Assembly: GCA_963719225.1 (NCBI GenBank)
Contig: CAVRAY010000001.1
Span: 64,001-128,000 of the forward strand
Reading direction: 5' to 3'
Length of the DNA stretch: 64,000 bases
Source of the DNA: Thermoanaerobaculia bacterium
GTDB taxonomy: Bacteria; Acidobacteriota; Thermoanaerobaculia; UBA5066
The notes under the pieces are model-generated. The model searched no databases. It was given only the letters and a program-made list of their open reading frames with translations, and was not told the origin of the DNA. The translations under genes were made by a program, and so were the position numbers. Shown piece by piece: positions 12,929-21,602 of this stretch (position 1 is its first letter; every line of letters begins with the position of its first letter).

Positions 12929-13150
12929 ATGCGACGGATCGCTCTCGTCCTCATCGTGCTCGGCATCCTGGGATTTCTCGTCGCGTCCAGCCAGCGCAGC
13001 GGCTACGAGAGCGTGGAGGGCCGGATGAAGGCCACGTTCTCGAAAGAGGAGCGCGGCAAGCGCGACATGGCCGCGACGGGCCGCTGGGTCGCGCTCGCGA
13101 TCGCGGCCATCGGCGTCGCTCTGTTCTTCGTGCCGGAACGGAAGCGCTGA
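12929..13150 (+). CDS. Small two-TM hypothetical membrane protein
   Basis: AGGAGG SD, two hydrophobic segments, 73 aa. Confidence 0.6.
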   Translation: MRRIALVLIVLGILGFLVASSQRSGYESVEGRMKATFSKEERGKRDMAATGRWVALAIAAIGVALFFVPERKR

Positions 13151-13180
13151 TCCGTTTCCGGAATCGGGAGGAGGCGTGCG

Positions 13181-13732
13181 ATGGCGAAATGGTTCTTCGA
13201 GCCCGGCCACACGGCGGCGGAGTTCCGTGCCCGGCACATGATGGTCACCTGGGTGCGAGGACACTTCAAGAGCGTGCACGGCATGCTCGAGTTCGACCCC
13301 GGGAATCCGAAGGCGTCCTCCCTGAAGGTGGAGATCGACGCCCGCGGAATCTGGACGGGGGAGCCGGACCGTGACGCCCACTTGAAGAGCGCGGACTTCC
13401 TGGACGTCGAAAACCACCCCACGATCACGTTTTCGGGAAGCGAGGTCGAGCTCGTCGGCGACCACGACGCTTTCGTGACGGGAAATCTCACGATCCGGGG
13501 GAAGACGAAGAGGACGACGCTGAAGGTCCTTTATCTGGGCCAGTGGTCGACTCCCTGGTGGGAGGACGGCGTCGACAAGGGCCCGAAGCTGCGGGCCGGC
13601 TTCCTCGCGACGACGACCATCAACCGGCACGACTTCGGCGTGAGCTGGAACTCCTCCCTCGATCGCGGCGGCCTCGTCGTCGGGAACGAGGTCGAGATCA
13701 CCCTCGACGCCGAAGCGATCCGGGAAGCCTGA
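13181..13732 (+). CDS. YceI family protein
   Basis: HMMVTWVRGHF, RDAHLKSADFLD, GNLTIRG, INRHDFG. Confidence 0.92.
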   Translation: MAKWFFEPGHTAAEFRARHMMVTWVRGHFKSVHGMLEFDPGNPKASSLKVEIDARGIWTGEPDRDAHLKSADFLDVENHPTITFSGSEVELVGDHDAFVTGNLTIRGKTKRTTLKVLYLGQWSTPWWEDGVDKGPKLRAGFLATTTINRHDFGVSWNSSLDRGGLVVGNEVEITLDAEAIREA

Positions 13733-13735
13733 CCC

Positions 13736-14899
13736 TTACTTCCTCGCCGCGTCCTGGATGATCCTCGCGACCTCCGGGTGGTTTTCGCGATTCGCGATCT
13801 CGAGGAGCTCCGCCTTGTCCTTCTTCACGTCGGCCCCGGCCGCGATGAGGATCTTGACGACGTCGACGTAACCGCGGAGGACGGCGACGGTCAGGGCCGT
13901 GCTGCCGGCCGAGTCGCGCGCGTTCACCTTCGCCTTCCCTTTCAGGAGGATCTTCACGTTCTCGAGGTTCCCCTGCTCCGCGGCCGCCGAGAGCGGGGTG
14001 ACGCCGTAGGTGTTCGGCGTGTTCACGTCGGCGCCGGCGGCGACGAGGGCCCGGAGGAGCTCGGGATCCTTTCGCGAGGCGGCGTCCATCACGAGAGTCT
14101 GGTCGTAAGGGCCCTTGAGGTTGACGTTCGCGCCGCCGGCGATGAGGACCTTCGCCATCTCGGCGTTTCCCCGGTCCACGGCATCCTTGAGCGGGGGAGT
14201 GGAGCGGGGCGAGGCGTCGGGCAGCATGCCCGCTTTCAGGTAGAGCGCCACGGCGGCCGTATCGTTCGCCATGACCTTCCTGAAGAAGGTCTCCTTGTCG
14301 AACGGCAGGTCCTGCGCCCGAAGCTCGATGCGAGCGCGTTCAGCCGGCGTCGCGTTCGCGGGGATCTCCTCCGCAACCTTCTGAGGCGGACGATAGATCG
14401 GCGCGTCGAACTCCACCGAGTAGCGGAAGGAATAGCCGCTGTCCCGGAAGGCGAGGCGGCCGGCGAAGGAGACCTCGGCTGTCTGCTTGGGGGTGAACGT
14501 TCCGACGTCCGCCACGGAGAGGTCCGCCGGCAGGCCCTTCACGAAGAAAGTCGACTTCTTCAGCTTCCTCTGGGCGTCGAAGTCCACGATGACGGCCTGG
14601 AATTCGCCGGCCGTTGCGGCCGCGGTGAGCTTGCGGGCGCTCGCGAGGACTTCGGGAGAGATGGCGGAACCGTCCGTGAGAACGACTCGGATCTCCTCCG
14701 CCTTCTTGCCTTTCGGCGTCTGGGCGATGACGTAGGCCCTCGTGAGCTTCGTGACGTCACGGGCCTGGACGGCCTCGCCCTTGGCCGTCCCGCCGTCTTC
14801 GGGTCTCTTCGGACCCGCCGCGCGATCCTGGTCCACCGAGGCGCAGGCGGAGATGAAGAGGGCGGAAAGGAGGCAGAGAAGGAGAGCGGGTGTTTTCAT
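13736..14899 (-). CDS. Ankyrin-repeat lipoprotein
   Basis: Lipobox ISAC; repeats LIAGGANVN, GVTPLSAAA, GSTALTVAV. Confidence 0.85.
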   Translation of the reverse strand: MKTPALLLCLLSALFISACASVDQDRAAGPKRPEDGGTAKGEAVQARDVTKLTRAYVIAQTPKGKKAEEIRVVLTDGSAISPEVLASARKLTAAATAGEFQAVIVDFDAQRKLKKSTFFVKGLPADLSVADVGTFTPKQTAEVSFAGRLAFRDSGYSFRYSVEFDAPIYRPPQKVAEEIPANATPAERARIELRAQDLPFDKETFFRKVMANDTAAVALYLKAGMLPDASPRSTPPLKDAVDRGNAEMAKVLIAGGANVNLKGPYDQTLVMDAASRKDPELLRALVAAGADVNTPNTYGVTPLSAAAEQGNLENVKILLKGKAKVNARDSAGSTALTVAVLRGYVDVVKILIAAGADVKKDKAELLEIANRENHPEVARIIQDAARK

Positions 14900-14905
14900 G
14901 AGCTC

Positions 14906-16507
14906 CTAGTTCTTTCGGTAGTGGCAACCCCGCGAGACCGGATTCTTGAAGGCCGCCGTCGCGATGAGATGCGCCGCGCGCACGCCATGGAAGAGGTCGA
15001 CGATCTCCTTCGAGATCCGCGTCACCTGGTAGAAGCGCAGGATGCGCTTCTCGAGATCGCGCAGGTCGGCCACGGCGCGCGCGAGCCGCGCCGTCGTCCG
15101 CACGATGCCTACGTAGTTCCACATCGTGTTGCGGATCGTCGCCCAGTCCTGCTGCAGGAGAGCCGGGTCCTCGTTCTGCGCTTCGCCGGGCGATTGCCAG
15201 TCCGGAATCGCGCGGAAGACGTCCGCCCCGTTGACGCCGCCTTTCTTGAGTCCGCGCGCGATGGACGACCCCGCCGCCTCGCCCCAGACGAGGCCTTCGA
15301 GAAGAGAAGTCGACGCGAGGCGGTTCGCCCCGTGGACGCCCGTGCACGACGCCTCGCCAACGGCGTAGAGGCGCCGGATGGTGGTCCGCCCTTCGAGGTC
15401 GGCGAGGACTCCTCCGCAGTGGTAGTGCGCCGCGGGCACGACGGGGATCGGCTCGGTCGCGATGTCGATGCCGAATTTCTCGCACGTCTTCGCGATCGTC
15501 GGGAAGCGCTCCACGATGCTCTGACCCTGGTGGATGCGGTAGTGGTGCGCGAGGTCGAGATAGACGCAGGGCTCGGCGCGTATCGTCATCTCCTCGACGA
15601 TCGCGCGCGTCACGACGTCGCGGGGCGCGAGGTCCTTGAGCTTCGGGGCGTACCGCCGCATGAAGGGCTCGCCCGCCCGGTTCACGAGCACGGCGCCTTC
15701 GCCGCGGAGGGCTTCGGAGATGAGGAAGCCTTCCGCTTCGGGGTGATAGAGCGTCGTCGGATGGAACTGGACGTACTCGAGGTTCAGCGTGGCCGCGCCC
15801 GCCCGCTCGGCCATCGCGAGGCCGCCGCCGATCGCGTGGCGCGTGTTCGTCGTGTGAAGGAAGAGCCGCCCGACTCCTCCCGTCGCGAGGACGGTGAAGT
15901 CCGCGAGGACCGTGTGGACCTTGCCCCTCCCGTCGAGCACGTAGGCGCCGAGGCAGGGATCCTGGAGGGCATATCGCTGGGCGACGTCCCGTGAGTGATG
16001 GCGCGCCGTGATGAGGTCGATCGCGGTCGCTTCCGTGAGCAGGGTGACGCGCTTTTCCGAAGCCAGCCGTGCGAGGAGGGCCGTCTCGATCGCCCGACCC
16101 GTCGCGTCGGCCGAGTGGACGATGCGCGCCACCGAGTGCGCGCCCTCGCGCGTGAAGTCCAGGTCGCCGTGCGTCGTAAGGGAGAAAGGCACGCCGACGG
16201 TATCGAGGAGGATCTCCTTCACGACCACGGGGCCACGCCGCGCGAGAGACGCGACGGCCTCCGGCTGGCAGAGGCCCGCCCCGGCACCGAGGATGTCCTT
16301 GACGAGGGAACGCGGCGAATCCTTCTTGCCGAAATAGATGATGCCGCCCTGCGCCCATGCCGTGTTGCAGTCTTCGGGTTTCTTCGCCTTCGTGAGGACG
16401 ACGACGTCGATGCCGCGCCGCGCGAGGGTGAGCGCGGCCGTCAGGCCCGCGATGCCCGTGCCGAGGACGAGGACGGGCGTGTGGACGCGCGAAGGGAAAG
16501 ATCTCAT
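14906..16507 (-). CDS. nadB: L-aspartate oxidase
   Basis: GTGIAG, WAQGGI, REGAHS, QFHPT, AHYHCGG, GVHGANRLASTSLLEG, SRGCHY; ATGA overlap with nadC. Confidence 0.95.
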   Translation of the reverse strand: MRSFPSRVHTPVLVLGTGIAGLTAALTLARRGIDVVVLTKAKKPEDCNTAWAQGGIIYFGKKDSPRSLVKDILGAGAGLCQPEAVASLARRGPVVVKEILLDTVGVPFSLTTHGDLDFTREGAHSVARIVHSADATGRAIETALLARLASEKRVTLLTEATAIDLITARHHSRDVAQRYALQDPCLGAYVLDGRGKVHTVLADFTVLATGGVGRLFLHTTNTRHAIGGGLAMAERAGAATLNLEYVQFHPTTLYHPEAEGFLISEALRGEGAVLVNRAGEPFMRRYAPKLKDLAPRDVVTRAIVEEMTIRAEPCVYLDLAHHYRIHQGQSIVERFPTIAKTCEKFGIDIATEPIPVVPAAHYHCGGVLADLEGRTTIRRLYAVGEASCTGVHGANRLASTSLLEGLVWGEAAGSSIARGLKKGGVNGADVFRAIPDWQSPGEAQNEDPALLQQDWATIRNTMWNYVGIVRTTARLARAVADLRDLEKRILRFYQVTRISKEIVDLFHGVRAAHLIATAAFKNPVSRGCHYRKN

Positions 16508-17484
16508 TTTTTGTTTTTCGGAATTCGAATCTTTTTTTTCGGAATCCTGAGAAGGCGCGTGAGGGGCTTGCGCGCGAGGTGCGCCTTGAGCCGCGGCTGG
16601 GGAAGGCTCGCGACGACCTCGAGAGCGATGTCGATCGACCTTGCGGAGTGCGTCAGCGCGCCGGCCGAGACGAAATCGACTCCGGCCTCCGCCGCGGCGC
16701 GGGCCGTCTCGGGCGTCATGCGGCCCGAGGCCTCGATGGTGACGGCGCGCCCCGTCGCCTCGTTGAAGAGATGGACGTCCTCCGCGGCCTTTCGGATCGC
16801 GGCCGTCGTCATGTTGTCCAGGAGCACCCGCTCGGCGCCCGCGTCGAGCGCCTGATGAACCTCGTCGAGCGTCCGCGCCTCCGACTCGAGGAGGAGGCCG
16901 TGAAGGCGCCGATTCAGATCGCGAAAGTCTCCGGCGCGCCGTGTCGCCTCCCACGTCGAGCCGGCGCCGTCCGCGTGGTTGTCCTTGACGAGGAAGCCGC
17001 CCGAGAGCCCGGGCCTGTGGTTCGTCCCACCGCCGCAGCGCACGGCGTAGCGCTCGAAAACGCGGAGAGACGGGGTCGTCTTCCGCGTATCGAGAAGCAC
17101 CGCCTTCGTGCCCTCGAGCGCGTCGGCGTACGCGCGGGTCAGGGTCGCGATGCCAGTGAGCCGCTGAACGAGGTTGAGGGCCGTGCGCTCGGCCGCGAGC
17201 ACGGTGATCGCGGGTCCCTCGATCTCGGCGAGGACCGCACCGGGCCCGACGGTGTCGCCGTCCGCGACGCGGAGCGCCACCCGCGCGGGCGGCGAGAGGA
17301 ACGCGAAGAGCCGCGGCAGGAAGGCGGCTCCCGAAACGACGGCGCGCTCGCGGCAGACCATCTTCGCGGCGACGCGCGCCGCCGGCCCGAAGACGGCGAG
17401 CGACGTGACGTCCTCGCCTTCCTCCGCGAAGGCGCGCGTGAGGAGGTCATCCAGGGCCTGCGTCAGTTCACGGGACGGCGTCAC
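16504..17484 (-). CDS. nadC: Quinolinate phosphoribosyltransferase
   Basis: ERTALN, DTRKT, GGGTNHR, KDNH, LLDNM, EASG, GALTHS. Confidence 0.95.
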   Translation of the reverse strand: MTPSRELTQALDDLLTRAFAEEGEDVTSLAVFGPAARVAAKMVCRERAVVSGAAFLPRLFAFLSPPARVALRVADGDTVGPGAVLAEIEGPAITVLAAERTALNLVQRLTGIATLTRAYADALEGTKAVLLDTRKTTPSLRVFERYAVRCGGGTNHRPGLSGGFLVKDNHADGAGSTWEATRRAGDFRDLNRRLHGLLLESEARTLDEVHQALDAGAERVLLDNMTTAAIRKAAEDVHLFNEATGRAVTIEASGRMTPETARAAAEAGVDFVSAGALTHSARSIDIALEVVASLPQPRLKAHLARKPLTRLLRIPKKKIRIPKNKK

Positions 17485-17497
17485 TCGCTCTCGGATT

Positions 17498-19213
17498 CTA
17501 GGGGAGTCCCGTTGCGGGGCTCTCGCCCTTCTCGACGATCATGAGAGAGAGGACGCCGTTCTTCGTGTCGTAAATTCGGACGGATGCCGACGTCGCGCGG
17601 GCAAGGGCGTTTCTTTCGAGGTGAGCGAGGTCGGACGAGCCGCCCCGACGCAGCAGAAGCGATTGAACGCTCGTCCCTCCCGTGGTTCTGAAGAAGCTCA
17701 TCTGGCAAAGCTCGTAACGACTTTCGAGGTGCTCGAGGCGCCCGGGTGTCTCCTTGAGCGACTCCAGTCCGGGCGTGCCGTAAACCAACGCCCAGCGGAA
17801 GCCGAGCCGATCCTCGCCGCGACGCATCTCGTCGAGAGCGGGAAAGAGCGCGCAGTCACGATCGGCGTTGTAACAGATGCCGGCCGCTTGATGGGGGCCG
17901 ATGACGAAGAGCCGGTCGTCGGGCTCGCTGTGGCTCTTCAGGTAGTCGGCGGCCACGTCGAGGCCGAAGAAGATCGTGTCCCAATGCCGGTTCGTTTCGT
18001 GGACCACTCCCGGCACGAGCGCACCCAGGACGATCAGGGGGGCAAGGGCGGCGGGGAGCCCTCGAATGCGGCTCGCGAGCAGGTCGCCCGCCCCCACGAG
18101 AGTCGCGGCGGAACCGAGGCAAACGAGCGGGAGGAAAGGAAACTGGTAGTAGCTGTGCCCTCTCAGATAGTCCGAGAGGAGCATCGCGTACGGAATCGTG
18201 GAAAGAAGAGAGCCGAGCACGAAGAGGCGCAGTCGTCCGGCATCCTTCGAAAACGCCAGAACGAGAAGGCCGACGGCGAAGAGCACGACGACGCCGATGC
18301 TGTGGTTCAGCTTCGCGAAGTGGAGAAGCGTCGCCCCCCAGCGTGCCCAGTAGGCGGGTGTGAAGATCTCGAAGGGGTGCACGCGGGGAAGCGTGCCCGC
18401 GAGGAGGTCCTCCCGCTCCTTCAGGAAGGGCGCGAAGAGCATCCAGGTGGCGAGGGGAAGAAATCCCAGGGCCATCCAGCGCCAGGTGGACCACGTGCGC
18501 GCAAGGGTCCGGCGGTCGTCCCGCCCGAGAGCGACGAGGAAGAGCGGAATCGACGCGATCAGGAACGTGTACTTGAACAGGCCGGCGATGCCGAAGAAGA
18601 GGCCGAAAAGGAACGCGTCGCGCGGACGGCCGGCGTCCAGGAGCCGCAGCCAGCAAATCGACGCGAGCAGCGTGAAGAAGAGCGCCGGCGATTCGGGCTG
18701 GATGTTGCGTCCGAAAAAGACGTGCTCGGGCAGGATCGCGAGGAGAAAGACGGAAACCAGCGCGAAGAGCGTTCCTCCGGACAGCCGGCGCGCGAGGAAG
18801 AAGAAGGCGAAGAGGGCGGCGCACGAGAAGAGGACGATCGGTGCCCGCGCTTGCCAGAAGCCCTCACCGAAGACCTTCCAGGACGACAGAATCATCCAGG
18901 GAACGACAGGGAGCTGGGGATACTCCTCGGGCAGGTCTCCCCGAAGTCGGGCCTTCGGAAACGTGCCGTCGCCTTCTTCGAGGCCGGAGAGGTGAACGCG
19001 TCTCTTCAGGTAGTCGCCGCTTCGCGTCATGAAGCGCGCCTCGCTCAGGTACTCGTTCTCCTTCATGTTGTGCATGCCGATGCTCGGAAAGTCGAGGTGG
19101 TACACGCGGAGCTTCAGGCCGAGAAGGGCGATCACCGCGACGGCGACGAATGGAAGTCTCCGCCGCCAGGACGGGCGGATCGACTCCTCGATCGGACGGG
19201 CGAGGGTCTCCAT
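17498..19213 (-). CDS. GT-C fold (ArnT/PMT-like) membrane glycosyltransferase
   Basis: Multi-TM protein; KENEYLSEA loop after first TM, ARAPIVLF, GLFKY. Confidence 0.7.
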   Translation of the reverse strand: METLARPIEESIRPSWRRRLPFVAVAVIALLGLKLRVYHLDFPSIGMHNMKENEYLSEARFMTRSGDYLKRRVHLSGLEEGDGTFPKARLRGDLPEEYPQLPVVPWMILSSWKVFGEGFWQARAPIVLFSCAALFAFFFLARRLSGGTLFALVSVFLLAILPEHVFFGRNIQPESPALFFTLLASICWLRLLDAGRPRDAFLFGLFFGIAGLFKYTFLIASIPLFLVALGRDDRRTLARTWSTWRWMALGFLPLATWMLFAPFLKEREDLLAGTLPRVHPFEIFTPAYWARWGATLLHFAKLNHSIGVVVLFAVGLLVLAFSKDAGRLRLFVLGSLLSTIPYAMLLSDYLRGHSYYQFPFLPLVCLGSAATLVGAGDLLASRIRGLPAALAPLIVLGALVPGVVHETNRHWDTIFFGLDVAADYLKSHSEPDDRLFVIGPHQAAGICYNADRDCALFPALDEMRRGEDRLGFRWALVYGTPGLESLKETPGRLEHLESRYELCQMSFFRTTGGTSVQSLLLRRGGSSDLAHLERNALARATSASVRIYDTKNGVLSLMIVEKGESPATGLP

Positions 19214-19371
19214 GGGACGTCCGCATGATGGTGGGACCCGGTCCGAGGGACAAGGGCGACGACCCCGGGAAGACGCGGGGGCGCTGTTTCCAGGATCGTT
19301 TGAGCGGTCGATTCCTCCCCGTTCAGGAGCATAATTCGATGTTTGCGTCGCCGTCTCTTCAGGAGGAACCC

Positions 19372-21600
19372 TTGAAAATCCGTCTCAACCTCGTCCTCTC
19401 TCTCTGCCTGTCGTCCGCCGCCGCCTGCGCGGACGAGGGCATGTGGATGCCTCAGCAGATTCCGCAGCTCAAGGAGCGCCTCGTGGCGATGGGCTTCCGG
19501 GGCGACCCGCAGGCTTTCGCCGATCTCACGGGCCAGCCGATGGGCGCGATCGTGTCCCTCGGAGGCTGCAGCGCGTCCTTCGTCTCGCCGGACGGCCTCA
19601 TCGTCACGAACCACCATTGCGTGCAGGGCGCGCTCCAGTTCAATTCCACGCCGCAGAAAAACCTCATGGTGGACGGCTTTCTCGCCGCCGCGCGGGAACA
19701 GGAGCTGACGGCCGGCCCCGGCTCGCGGGTCTACGTCACGACCTCCGTCGTGGACGTCACCAGGGAGATCGTCGGGAAGATCGATCCGAAGCTCGGCGAT
19801 CGCGCCCGGCACGACGTCATCGAGAGGCGCATCAAGGAGCGCACGGCCGCTTGTGAGAAGGACGGCGCGCGCTGCCGCGTCGCGTCGTTCTTCGACGGCT
19901 TCAAGTATTTCGAGCTCGCTCAGATGGAGATCCGGGACGTGAGGCTCGTCTACGCTCCTGCCGAGGGCATCGGGAACTTCGGCGGCGAGGCCGACAACTG
20001 GCAATGGCCGCGCCACACGGGCGACTGGTCCTTTTACCGCGCCTACGTCTCTCCCGCGGGCAAGGCCGTGCCGTACGCGAAAGAGAACGTCCCTTTCAAG
20101 CCGAAGCACTGGCTCAAGGTATCGCCGGAAGGCGCCGGTCCCGGCGACCTCGTCTTCGTTGCCGGATATCCGGGGCGCACGCTGCGCTTCGCCACGTACG
20201 CGCAGACCCGGGAGCTCTACGAGTGGACGTTTCCGCGCACCGTCCGCCGGAACACCGAGCTGATCGCACTTCTCGAAGAGGCCGGACGGAAGAGCAAGGA
20301 GACGGAGATCCGCGTCGCGACGCGGAAGCGCGGACTCGCCAACACGCTCACGAACCGCAAGGGCGTCGTGGAAGGCTTCAAGAGAGGCAATCTCCTGGCC
20401 GAGAAGGAAAGGTTGGAGAAGGACCTCGCGGCGTGGATCGCCGCAAACCCGCAGCGCCAGAAGAAGTACGGCGACGTTCTGCCCGCGATGAACGCGATCC
20501 AGGCCGAGAAGGAAAAGACGCGGGACCGCGACATGGCTCTCTACGACCTGATCGGTACGGGCGGGCCGATGATGGGCGGCGGCAGCTCGCTCCTTCCATC
20601 GGCGCACACGCTCTACGTGCTCTCCCTCGAGCGCCCGAAGAAAGATCTGGACCGTGAGGCCGAGTACCAGGAGCGCAACTGGAGCCGAATTCGCGAAGCG
20701 CAGGAACGCCTGCAGCGCTCGTACGACCCGGTCGCGGACCGCACGCTCCTCCGGTACGTCCTCGTCGACGCATCGAAGCTCCCCGCGGATCAGCGCATCG
20801 AGGCGCTCGACAAGCAAGCCGGATTCGCCGTCGGGATGTCCGAGGCGGAGGCCGGAAAGAAGGCCGACGCCCTTTGCGAAAAGCTCTACGCGGGCACGAA
20901 GCTGGGAGACAAGGCGACCCGCCTCGCGCTGTCGGACAAGTCCACCGCCGAGCTCCTCGCGACGAAGGATCCGATGATTTCCCTCGCGGCCGTGCTCGAT
21001 CCCCTCTGGCGGACGAACCGCGAGCGCGCGAAAGCGCGGGAGGGCGCGTACGGGCATCTCGGCGCGCGCTACGCCGAAGCGCTGCTCGAAAAGAGCGGCG
21101 GCCTCACGGCGCCGGACGCGAACGGGACGCTGCGCGTGACGTACGGCCGGATCCTCGGCGTTCCGGCGCGCGACGGGCTGGTCTACGCGCCGCAGACCAC
21201 GCTCCAAGGCATCGTCGAGAAGGCGACGGGGTCCGGCGAGTTCAACGCGCCGAAGAAAGAGCTCGACGCCATCGCCGCGCAGAAGGCGGGGAAAAAGACT
21301 CCCTATGCGGATCCGAAGCTCGGGAGCGTGCCGGTGAATTTCCTGTCGACCGTCGACACGACGGGAGGGAACTCGGGCTCGGCCACGCTGAACGCCAAGG
21401 GAGAGCTGTGCGGGCTCCTTTTCGACGGGACGTTCGACACGGTCGCGTCCGACTATCTCTACGACACGGAGAAGACCCGATCCATCCATGTCGACAGCCG
21501 ATACATGCTCTGGACGATGTCCGATGTGGACGGCGCGACGAACCTCCTCCGTGAGCTCGGCGAGGCGCCGAGTCTCGACGTCCAGAGGCCGGGAAACTGA
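19372..21600 (+). CDS. S46 family dipeptidyl peptidase (DPP7/DAP BII-like), copy 1
   Basis: ADEGMWMP, TNHHC, DNWQWPRHTGDW, TGGNSGS, FDG; AGGAGG SD before TTG. Confidence 0.93.
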   Translation: MKIRLNLVLSLCLSSAAACADEGMWMPQQIPQLKERLVAMGFRGDPQAFADLTGQPMGAIVSLGGCSASFVSPDGLIVTNHHCVQGALQFNSTPQKNLMVDGFLAAAREQELTAGPGSRVYVTTSVVDVTREIVGKIDPKLGDRARHDVIERRIKERTAACEKDGARCRVASFFDGFKYFELAQMEIRDVRLVYAPAEGIGNFGGEADNWQWPRHTGDWSFYRAYVSPAGKAVPYAKENVPFKPKHWLKVSPEGAGPGDLVFVAGYPGRTLRFATYAQTRELYEWTFPRTVRRNTELIALLEEAGRKSKETEIRVATRKRGLANTLTNRKGVVEGFKRGNLLAEKERLEKDLAAWIAANPQRQKKYGDVLPAMNAIQAEKEKTRDRDMALYDLIGTGGPMMGGGSSLLPSAHTLYVLSLERPKKDLDREAEYQERNWSRIREAQERLQRSYDPVADRTLLRYVLVDASKLPADQRIEALDKQAGFAVGMSEAEAGKKADALCEKLYAGTKLGDKATRLALSDKSTAELLATKDPMISLAAVLDPLWRTNRERAKAREGAYGHLGARYAEALLEKSGGLTAPDANGTLRVTYGRILGVPARDGLVYAPQTTLQGIVEKATGSGEFNAPKKELDAIAAQKAGKKTPYADPKLGSVPVNFLSTVDTTGGNSGSATLNAKGELCGLLFDGTFDTVASDYLYDTEKTRSIHVDSRYMLWTMSDVDGATNLLRELGEAPSLDVQRPGN

Positions 21601-21602
21601 CG

